A DNA stretch of 31,866 nt, taken from the IMG/VR virus record IMGVR_UViG_3300046011_011201, positions 1-31,866 of that record; one strand, written 5' to 3'. Source of the DNA: a virus (lineage: Duplodnaviria > Caudoviricetes). Within the stretch, counting starts at the first letter, position 1, and each line of letters begins with the position of its first letter. The position numbers were made by a program, and so were the translations under genes. A model generated the notes under the pieces. That model was not told where the DNA came from. It was given only the letters and a program-made list of their open reading frames with translations, and did not search any database. Positions 20,768 through 28,723 of the stretch are shown one piece after another.

Positions 20768-23700
20768 TGTCAGGATCAGCAGGTGGGAACAGAATACCTA
20801 GAGCAGTAGTAGAAAAAACTGTTCAAGATTATATAGACAAAATTCTATCCAAATTCCCAGGCTTTAAAAAAGCTAAAATAACAGGTTCATATAATGCTGG
20901 AGTTAAACAAGATTTTGGAGATATTGATTTAATAGTTCAATTAGAGGGTACAGATAAAAAATTAATTAAACAAGATTTAGCTAAATATTTTGCTACTTTT
21001 CCTGATTCAGTTATAGTACCATTTAAAAGTGATAAATATAAAGGTAAAAAATCACTTAGTAGTGGTGAATTAGTAACTATATTATATCCAATAATTAATA
21101 CATCTGATCAATTTGTTCAAATAGATAACATTGTTTCTATTAGTGAAGAAGAATTAACCTTTAAAAACTCATTCCTAGACTACCCAGCTGAAATACAAGG
21201 TTTACTTTTAGGTTTAGCTAAAATAATTTGTTTAGAAGAAAATCCAAAAGATATATTTAAACGATTAGGTATTACCAATGTTCCTGAACTTGAACCTAAT
21301 CAAGAATATGAATTTAATTTATCTGGAGCAGGCTTAACATTACGTATAGTAACATTAGATAATTTTAAAGAAATAGATAGAACTGATGTATGGAAATCAT
21401 CGGATTGGAATACTGTTAAAAAATTATTTATTAATTATAATATTAATACTGATTTTGAAACATTATTAAAAGATTTATCTACTAATTTGAAAAATCCACG
21501 TTCTAAAAATCGTGTTAAAGGCTTATTTAAATCTATGGTATCTGTTAAAAGTGGAGAAAAAAATACTCCAAAAGGAGATAATAAAGAAAAAGCATTACAA
21601 GCAGTAGATAAATTATTAGAAAACAATTATATTAAAAATTTAGGAGAATATTTAGTAGCTTCTTTACTTCCTGAAGAATTTATTAATTCTCTCCCTAAAC
21701 AAACTATAGCTTTATACCCAGGTAAATTTAAACCACCACATAAAGGACATTTAGAAGCTGTAAAATATGCATTACAAAAAGCTGATAAAGTTATAATTAT
21801 AATCTCCCCAAAATCCTTTGAAGAATATAATGATGAACAATCAAAACAAATTTGGGAATTATATGAAAAAACATTAGGCTCAGATGCTTCTAAAGTTGAA
21901 ATAAAAATTTCAAAAGATCCTTCACCAATTAAAACAGCATATGAAATTATAGAAAATGATCCTGTAAACAATTACATGGCATTATATGGTAAAGGAGAAT
22001 CAAATAGATGGAAATCTTTAAATAATAAAGAAAAATACCCAAATGCTGAACCTTTAGATTTAGGTAGTATTGAAAATAAAAATATAGAAGGAACTTCTGA
22101 AGTTATTAGTTCTACTAATTTAAGACAAGCTATTAAAGATGGTGATAAAGATCGTATAAAAACCTTTTTACCATATGGAGTAGATATAGATCAATTTTTA
22201 GAGATAATAAATAAAAAACCCGAAGATAAAAATATTCAAGAAAAAATATTATCTTATGAATTAGATGATATTGATTATTATGCTGATCAAAAATTATCTC
22301 CTTTAGATGTAAAATTTAGTAATCATTTTTTTGATAGAGTAAATGACCCTAGAAACAAAAAAGATATAACCGATATTGAATTAATAGCATTTTTTGATAG
22401 ATTATCAAAATATAAAAATAAACTCATAGATTTTCTAAATAAATATAAAGAAGTATTAACCACAGATAGTAAATCAAATATTAATATCCCATTTGTAAAA
22501 CAAGCTAATAATATTATAGCTAAAACAGTAATGAGGAAATCTAATTTTGCAACTAATGATGTAAAATTAATATTTGAACAAATAAATAAAATTAATGAAA
22601 ACAATAATAATTTAGAAAAAAAATGGATACTTGATTTACCTAAATATAATCAATCTCAAACTTTAAGTTCACAGTTATTTACTCAATTATACGAATTAAA
22701 AATAAATGAGATATCTCTTAATCCAAATAATGCTGTTGAAATATATGGTGATATAGATAATGGAGATTTTACTGTAGGAGAATATGATTATAATTATAGA
22801 ATAATAAAATTAGATAAAAATCCATATAATAGTGATTCATATTATAATATTGATTTTCATGAAATAGGAAATACAAATCCGAATCCTTCTTTACCAACAA
22901 AAAATGCTAAAGGAAATTATATAAAAATATTATCAACAATTTATAAAATTATACTAGATTTTACTCAAGAAAAAAAACCAGAATACATAGGAATATCAAG
23001 TTTAGATGAAAGTGGATATGGAAATATCTATAATAATTTAACTAAAACTAATAAAATTCATGGGTATTCTAGAAAAGATGCAGGTTTACAATTTAAAACT
23101 AAAGATGGAAAATCTGGAAAAGTTATAGTTTTAAAGAAAAATAATAATTTAAACGAAAAAAATATAAATGAGGTAGGTGAAGGAACATCTCAACCATATG
23201 AAACATTTTCTAGGTACTCTAATAATGAAAAATTCCTAAAATTCTCTACAGATTCAGGAATTGATTATGAAATATCTTTATTTCCTATAAATAAATTTCT
23301 TCAAGTAGATTTTCATTTAGATACTTTTAGTGATGATATTTACCAAGAAACAAATAAAGGAGAATTATTTAGAATAATGTCTACTGTTATAAAAGAAGTA
23401 AAAGAATTTTTAAAAGAAAATAAAGATTTAGAAATATTAGGAATAAGATATGTTCCTCAAGAAAAATCTAAAAATAAAGGTGCATTTTTATCTTCAAATC
23501 AAAGAAATAAATTTTATAAAGCTTTTATATCTAAAATAGTTCCTGGAACTACTTATGTTGAACAAGGAGGAGTAGTATTTGCAATTTTTCCAAAAAAAGA
23601 AAATATTCAAGAAAATACTATAAAAAATCAAGCTTTATATATAAATAAATTAGTAAATTATTGTTGTGATGTTTTACATTTAAAAGAACGTCCAAAAATA

Positions 23701-23985
23701 GTATTAATAAATAATAATTATTATTCTCAAAAACATAAAAGTTTTGGAGGATATATTCCCGGAGAAAAAAAGATTTTTGTAGTATTAAAAGGAAGAAATT
23801 TAAGTGATATATGTAGAAGTCTTAGTCATGAAATGAAACATTTTGAGCAAGATTTAAAAGGAGTATTAACTCCTGAATCTGGACAAGATGGATCTGAACA
23901 TGAAAATGAAGCAAATAGTTTTAGTGGAAAAATAATGAGAGAATTTAACAGAAAATATCCCGAAATATTATCAATAAGTTTATGA
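20767..23985 (+). CDS. multidomain (poly)protein: Pol-beta NTase + HIGH-type nucleotidyltransferase + RelE/RegB-like domain + two related unknown domains + HExxH zinc peptidase
   Basis: ITGSYNAGVKQDFGDIDL...VQID; ALYPGKFKPPHKGH...ISSTNLR; KFSNHFFDR; two copies of DF..(K)G..(I/F).I.ST..K....F..E; SHEMKH...EHENEAN. Confidence 0.75.
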   Translation: MSGSAGGNRIPRAVVEKTVQDYIDKILSKFPGFKKAKITGSYNAGVKQDFGDIDLIVQLEGTDKKLIKQDLAKYFATFPDSVIVPFKSDKYKGKKSLSSGELVTILYPIINTSDQFVQIDNIVSISEEELTFKNSFLDYPAEIQGLLLGLAKIICLEENPKDIFKRLGITNVPELEPNQEYEFNLSGAGLTLRIVTLDNFKEIDRTDVWKSSDWNTVKKLFINYNINTDFETLLKDLSTNLKNPRSKNRVKGLFKSMVSVKSGEKNTPKGDNKEKALQAVDKLLENNYIKNLGEYLVASLLPEEFINSLPKQTIALYPGKFKPPHKGHLEAVKYALQKADKVIIIISPKSFEEYNDEQSKQIWELYEKTLGSDASKVEIKISKDPSPIKTAYEIIENDPVNNYMALYGKGESNRWKSLNNKEKYPNAEPLDLGSIENKNIEGTSEVISSTNLRQAIKDGDKDRIKTFLPYGVDIDQFLEIINKKPEDKNIQEKILSYELDDIDYYADQKLSPLDVKFSNHFFDRVNDPRNKKDITDIELIAFFDRLSKYKNKLIDFLNKYKEVLTTDSKSNINIPFVKQANNIIAKTVMRKSNFATNDVKLIFEQINKINENNNNLEKKWILDLPKYNQSQTLSSQLFTQLYELKINEISLNPNNAVEIYGDIDNGDFTVGEYDYNYRIIKLDKNPYNSDSYYNIDFHEIGNTNPNPSLPTKNAKGNYIKILSTIYKIILDFTQEKKPEYIGISSLDESGYGNIYNNLTKTNKIHGYSRKDAGLQFKTKDGKSGKVIVLKKNNNLNEKNINEVGEGTSQPYETFSRYSNNEKFLKFSTDSGIDYEISLFPINKFLQVDFHLDTFSDDIYQETNKGELFRIMSTVIKEVKEFLKENKDLEILGIRYVPQEKSKNKGAFLSSNQRNKFYKAFISKIVPGTTYVEQGGVVFAIFPKKENIQENTIKNQALYINKLVNYCCDVLHLKERPKIVLINNNYYSQKHKSFGGYIPGEKKIFVVLKGRNLSDICRSLSHEMKHFEQDLKGVLTPESGQDGSEHENEANSFSGKIMREFNRKYPEILSISL

Positions 23986-24497
23986 AACTTAAAGAAATTT
24001 ATAATTCAATAAAATATACCATATACGAAGATTTGGATGGTTGTCTTGCAGATTTCGATAAAAGATATTTTGAAATAACAGGTGTTTCAACACATCATGC
24101 CAATGCTCAAGGTAAAAATGAGTTTTGGGAAATTTTAAAAGATGGATTGAAAAATAAAAAGATGACCGAACAACAATTTTGGGAAACAATAGAATGGATG
24201 CCTGATGGTAGAGAATTATGGAGTTATATAAAAAAATATAAACCTATAATTTTAACCGCTCCATCAAGAAATAAAGAATCAATAATAGGTAAAAATGAGT
24301 GGGTTAAAAAACATTTAGGTTATGTTCCTATAATATTTAGATCTGCTAAACAAAAACATTTAGAAGCGGGTGAAAATAAAATATTAATAGATGATAGAGC
24401 CGATACTATAGAAAGATGGATTAATACTGGAGGTATTGGAATACATCATACTAGTACTGATAATACTATAAAAAAACTTAAAGAATTAGGATTATGA
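23982..24497 (+). CDS. HAD-superfamily 5'(3')-deoxyribonucleotidase-like phosphatase
   Basis: DLDGCLADF motif I, ILTAP motif II, K motif III, ILIDD motif IV. Confidence 0.85.
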   Translation: MKLKEIYNSIKYTIYEDLDGCLADFDKRYFEITGVSTHHANAQGKNEFWEILKDGLKNKKMTEQQFWETIEWMPDGRELWSYIKKYKPIILTAPSRNKESIIGKNEWVKKHLGYVPIIFRSAKQKHLEAGENKILIDDRADTIERWINTGGIGIHHTSTDNTIKKLKELGL

Positions 24498-25066
24498 AAG
24501 ATAATATTTTAAAAAAGGAATTTTCTAAGAAAGATGTTCAACGTATTAGAAATTTAGTTACTAAAAAACACAACGATAAAACAACAATTGGAATTGGATA
24601 TAATCCTGAAAAAGAAGATCATGTTGAAGGAGATATATGGGTTGAAAATGGAAAAAAATGGACTATTAAAGATGGAATAAAACAAAATATAACTAAATTA
24701 GATAAAATTAAAGAATTATCTTTAGTACCACTGTTTTGTCCTTCATGTTCAAATATAATGAATCATAGAAATGACAAGGTAATATATAATAATCATAAAA
24801 AATGTTTCAATTGTATGGTTGAATATGAAACAGAGTTAAGAAAATTAGGATTGTGGGAGGAATATGAGAAAAAAATACATAATGAAGGAATAGATAATTT
24901 TATTAATGATTTTCAAATGTGGGTTGAAGAAAGTATAAAAGATAATAATCAATCATATGTAACAGAACAAGGAGATATTGAAAAATGGGATAGTAATTTA
25001 AATATAGATAAAATAAACCAAAATATGGAAGAATCTATAAAATATCTCAAAAATTTAAAAAAATAA
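24494..25066 (+). CDS. hypothetical zinc-finger protein
   Basis: CPSC...CFNC cysteine pairs; ATGA-coupled. Confidence 0.7.
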   Translation: MKDNILKKEFSKKDVQRIRNLVTKKHNDKTTIGIGYNPEKEDHVEGDIWVENGKKWTIKDGIKQNITKLDKIKELSLVPLFCPSCSNIMNHRNDKVIYNNHKKCFNCMVEYETELRKLGLWEEYEKKIHNEGIDNFINDFQMWVEESIKDNNQSYVTEQGDIEKWDSNLNIDKINQNMEESIKYLKNLKK

Positions 25067-25070
25067 TATG

Positions 25071-25078
25071 TATTTATA
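25071..25078 (+). promoter_or_regulatory. putative late promoter core TATTTATA
   Basis: Intergenic, 30 nt before GTG 25109. Confidence 0.45.
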
Positions 25079-25108
25079 TATAAATAGTTAATATATAATT
25101 CTTTAATA

Positions 25109-25726
25109 GTGGAATCACTCATAATTACTGCAATAATAACCGGAATTTTAGGTCCTATAATAGTTATAATTGTAAAGAATAAATTAGCTAAACAAAAACC
25201 AAAATCCGATCCACTTATTGAGGTTATGGAATTTAATAAGCTAATAGATCAACAATTAGATATTCTTTTAAAAGAATTACACTGTGATAGAACATGGATA
25301 ATTCAGTTCCACAATGGTGGTAATTTATATCCAACGGGAAAATCAATTCAAAAATTCTCTATATTTTATGAACATTTAACCCCAAACACTCCCAGTATTA
25401 AAGATACCCTTCACAACATTCCAGTATCATTATTTAGTAAATCACTTTCTAAATTATATGAAGATGGTGAAATATTAATAAATGATTATGATGAAAACAA
25501 ACATCAAGGATTAGAAATATATAATAATGATTTAAATACAAAATCGTATTATATGTTTGCGTTATTTGATTTAAATGATAATTTTATAGGAATATTAGGT
25601 GTAGAATATATTAAGAAAAAAACAAAAATATCTGAAGATAGTTTAGAATTTATAAAACATAAAACATCTTCATTAGGAACCCTTTTTAATTCATATTTAT
25701 ATACAAATAATACATTAAAAAAATGA
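25109..25726 (+). CDS. single-TM protein with GAF-like domain (possible T4 T-type holin)
   Basis: N-terminal hydrophobic helix, then LHCDRTWIIQFHN...KSYYMFALFDLNDNFIGILGVEY, a typical GAF pattern; GTG start. Confidence 0.6.
   Translation: MESLIITAIITGILGPIIVIIVKNKLAKQKPKSDPLIEVMEFNKLIDQQLDILLKELHCDRTWIIQFHNGGNLYPTGKSIQKFSIFYEHLTPNTPSIKDTLHNIPVSLFSKSLSKLYEDGEILINDYDENKHQGLEIYNNDLNTKSYYMFALFDLNDNFIGILGVEYIKKKTKISEDSLEFIKHKTSSLGTLFNSYLYTNNTLKK
25692..25701 (+). promoter_or_regulatory. putative late promoter motif CATATTTATA embedded in the upstream gene end
   Basis: 21 nt before ATG 25723, the same spacing as the 14425 copy. Confidence 0.45.
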
Positions 25727-26010
25727 AAAAATCAGAATTTAAATATTTTATTAAAGAAAATATTAAAAAAATTGTTAGAGAAGCAAAAAACGAAGAAACT
25801 GAAACTGAAGAAGATTTAAACATAGACACACCTTCAGGTGAAGAAAATATCGATATATCATCTGAAACTGATAGTGGAGATGTAGCAGTTGAAATGGATA
25901 ATGCTTTAGATGCTGCTATAAAAGTAGCTAATTCATATGGAGATCCTAAATTATCTACTTTATTAGATAATGCTAAAATTTATTTAGCTAGAACTTTAGC
26001 TAGAAAATAA
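25723..26010 (+). CDS. small acidic protein with MKKSEFK..IKE leader
   Basis: 95 aa; MKKSEFKYFIKENIKKIVRE followed by an E/D-rich tract. Confidence 0.75.
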   Translation: MKKSEFKYFIKENIKKIVREAKNEETETEEDLNIDTPSGEENIDISSETDSGDVAVEMDNALDAAIKVANSYGDPKLSTLLDNAKIYLARTLARK

Positions 26011-26018
26011 TATAAAAT

Positions 26019-26489
26019 ATGACCAAAGAGGAATTTATTAACCAAATAAAACAGGCGGTTGGAAGTATTTACTCTAATGGAAAGTTTACTTATCAAAAAA
26101 GTGAAAAAGATTTCTATAAAGAAGAAGAACCTAAAGAAAAAATTTATTTTCTTGCTAAATTTCCAAATTTAAAAAGTATAATAATTAGTCTTTTAACCCC
26201 GTCTTACTCAGATTTTATAGAAGATATACATTGGGTATCACCAAAACCTACTACTTTTAAAGTAGTATTACATAATGGTCAATTTTTTTATCTTAAATAT
26301 ACAAACAAATCATGGATTGCTCAGGTAGAAGGTAAAAATTATTATTTAAGTAATGTATCTAATGAACAACAAGCTACAGAATCTATATCTCGTATATTAA
26401 GATACCCATCATCCGGTCTTACAAAAACAACTGAAACTCCTTCAGAAAAAGAAACCCCACCAGAGACACCTCCCACAGAAGAAAAATAA
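26019..26489 (+). CDS. hypothetical phage protein
   Basis: 156 aa; globular core (WVSPKPTTFKVVLHNGQ) and a P/E/T-rich tail. Confidence 0.75.
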   Translation: MTKEEFINQIKQAVGSIYSNGKFTYQKSEKDFYKEEEPKEKIYFLAKFPNLKSIIISLLTPSYSDFIEDIHWVSPKPTTFKVVLHNGQFFYLKYTNKSWIAQVEGKNYYLSNVSNEQQATESISRILRYPSSGLTKTTETPSEKETPPETPPTEEK

Positions 26490-26490
26490 A

Positions 26491-26715
26491 ATGAAATTAA
26501 AAGAATTAAAACAGCTTATAAAAGAAATACATAATTCACAAAACAAATGTGGTTGTGGGTGTAATAAATGCGCTATAAAAAGTGATTCTGATTTAATCAA
26601 TAATTTTGTTGGTGAACAAAGACAATCGATACTAAAAAATAAAAATGCGCCTATAAATAAAAATATTAATGAGGTATTATCTCATAATATAAAACAATAT
26701 AAAAAAGAACAATAA
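26491..26715 (+). CDS. small protein with MKLKELKQLIKE leader and CGCGCxxC cluster
   Basis: 74 aa; KCGCGCNKC. Confidence 0.65.
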   Translation: MKLKELKQLIKEIHNSQNKCGCGCNKCAIKSDSDLINNFVGEQRQSILKNKNAPINKNINEVLSHNIKQYKKEQ

Positions 26716-26726
26716 ATAAAATAGTC

Positions 26727-27794
26727 ATGGATGTATTGGATTTATTTTTTAAAAAATATTCATATAAGTTTCCCAAAGGATATCCTGACATGAATGATGA
26801 ACAGGATGTTAAAATTTTAAATAGTTTATTAGAAAGAATAGGTATTAGTTTGGATGAAAAAGAAAAACCAGAACCAAAAGATTATGATAGTGAAATTTTA
26901 AATTTATTAACAACTTTATCTGATGAAGAAGCTAAAAAGAAAGTAATTAAATATTTAGAAAAAATAAATAAAAAGGAAGATAAAGAAGATAATAAAATAG
27001 AAGACAATTTAGAGAAAGAATTAAAATTAAAAGAATTTAATAAAGAAACAATAGAATATATTTTATTATTAACCTCAAAATACAAAACCACAGAAGAATT
27101 AGAAGAATATTTAAAATCTAATAATTTATTATCATTAAATGATTTAGGTAAAAGTGGAAATTTATATAATATAATAAAAACTAAAACTGATTTTCCTGAA
27201 AACTTTATTAAACGAATATTAACTTATACTCCTGTTGAAAAGGGTAAAGGGTTAGGGGTTGGTGAAATTGCTTTAGCATTATTTTTTAATGCTACAAAAC
27301 AAAAAATAGGAGACATTCAAATAGATAACAAAACAATTGAACTTAAAGGATCTGGTGCTAGATTCCCAGGAACGGGAATGAAAAGATCGGGAGATATTAG
27401 TTTATTATACCAAGATTTTGCTAACAAGTATTCTAATGTAAAACTTGAACCTAAAAATTCTTCTCTTGTATTTTATATAAGTAAAATTTTCAAACAGAAT
27501 CCAGATAGTTTAAATTTTATCAATGATGAGTTAAATAAACTTTACCCAAATACTGATAATATAAAATTAGATAAAGAAAATATATCTAATATTAAAAATA
27601 TACTATATAAAAAATATATATCTAGTTATGTTAATTCACATAAAGAAAATGATTATTATATGATTATATCAAGCAATACATTTAATTATAATTTATATAC
27701 TCCTGATGAACTCATAGATAGTACTGAAAAAGGCAATATACATTTTATGAGTAATATAGTATTATCAACATCATATCCTCAATTGAAAATATAA
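26727..27794 (+). CDS. restriction-endonuclease-like PD-(D/E)XK protein
   Basis: GVGEIALALFF.....GDIQIDNKTIELKG (E...D...ExK arrangement). Confidence 0.6.
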   Translation: MDVLDLFFKKYSYKFPKGYPDMNDEQDVKILNSLLERIGISLDEKEKPEPKDYDSEILNLLTTLSDEEAKKKVIKYLEKINKKEDKEDNKIEDNLEKELKLKEFNKETIEYILLLTSKYKTTEELEEYLKSNNLLSLNDLGKSGNLYNIIKTKTDFPENFIKRILTYTPVEKGKGLGVGEIALALFFNATKQKIGDIQIDNKTIELKGSGARFPGTGMKRSGDISLLYQDFANKYSNVKLEPKNSSLVFYISKIFKQNPDSLNFINDELNKLYPNTDNIKLDKENISNIKNILYKKYISSYVNSHKENDYYMIISSNTFNYNLYTPDELIDSTEKGNIHFMSNIVLSTSYPQLKI

Positions 27795-27832
27795 TATATT
27801 TATTAAAAAACAAATTAATTTATATATTTATA
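27795..27832 (+). promoter_or_regulatory. two tandem late-promoter-like motifs (TATATTTATT 27795-804, TATATTTATA 27823-832)
   Basis: Intergenic; the second copy is 14 nt before ATG 27847. Confidence 0.5.
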
Positions 27833-27846
27833 ATAAAAAACACAAA

Positions 27847-28392
27847 ATGAGCAATAAATTAAATAATATTAATGAAATACAGATTGCACAACAATCTGAA
27901 ATATTAATTCCTAAAACTTTAACCCCTGAAGTAACAAAAATGTTAATTGAAAGAATAGGGGATGAATACACAGCTCATTATTTTTATAGAAATGCTGCTA
28001 ACTGGTGTGAAGATAAATCATATAAAAAAGCAGCTGCTTATTTTACAGGTGAAGCTGAAAGTGAATTAACTCATGCTAAAAAAGTACAGGATTATTTAAC
28101 AGGATGGAATGTAATGCCTTTTGTACCTCCGGTAAAAATGGTACCTTCTTTTATAAATCTTATAGATATTATAAATAAGGCATATGTGATGGAATATAAT
28201 TTATTTTTATCATATAATAGTGATTCATCAATAGTATTCCCAACAGATTTAGCAACATTTGATTTTTTACAAGAATTAAGACAAATCCAAACAACTTCTG
28301 TAAAAGAATATGCTGATTTATTAAATGCTGCTCAATTAGTTAATGTATCAAATAATTTTGAAGTATTGTACTTTGAACAAACATATTTTTAA
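27847..28392 (+). CDS. ferritin (non-heme FtnA-like)
   Basis: DEYTAHYFY...WC....Y..AAAYF..EAESELTHA...YL; AYVMEY; DLATFDFLQ...Q: a four-helix ferritin pattern. Confidence 0.85.
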   Translation: MSNKLNNINEIQIAQQSEILIPKTLTPEVTKMLIERIGDEYTAHYFYRNAANWCEDKSYKKAAAYFTGEAESELTHAKKVQDYLTGWNVMPFVPPVKMVPSFINLIDIINKAYVMEYNLFLSYNSDSSIVFPTDLATFDFLQELRQIQTTSVKEYADLLNAAQLVNVSNNFEVLYFEQTYF

Positions 28393-28716
28393 ATGATAAA
28401 ATTAATAGACATATTAAACGAATCATATAATCCTAAAATATATCAAATAAAAGGAATTTTTCTTCTTTCAGAAGAAAGAAATATATCTGATATTTTGTCA
28501 GATATTAGAGCAGTTCAAGGGGTAACAGTAATAGATGTTTTAGATAAATATGATGTTGGAAAAAATTATAAATATGTTTTATCATTAAAAATAGATCCTT
28601 CTCCATTTTCACCTTTTAATTTTAAAAGATTTAAAGAAATACTAAAAAATATTTTAAATATCCCCGGAGTAATTACAGGTAAATATATATCTCGTCCTAA
28701 AGATGTAAAAGATTAA
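28393..28716 (+). CDS. small ACT/ferredoxin-like-fold protein with MIKLIDILNE leader
   Basis: beta-alpha-beta pattern (ISDILSDIRAVQGVTVI...ILNIPGVI). Confidence 0.7.
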   Translation: MIKLIDILNESYNPKIYQIKGIFLLSEERNISDILSDIRAVQGVTVIDVLDKYDVGKNYKYVLSLKIDPSPFSPFNFKRFKEILKNILNIPGVITGKYISRPKDVKD

Positions 28717-28723
28717 AAGGGGT

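Noticed and set aside
21435-22604. Three minus-strand ORFs within the 1072-aa gene
   Set aside because: Antisense shadows rich in F/L/S/I, with no start context or motifs.
28717-28722. AAGGGG Shine-Dalgarno-like sequence before 28724
   Set aside because: It is only 1 nt from the ATG and is a single instance, so it is not a credible ribosome-binding site.
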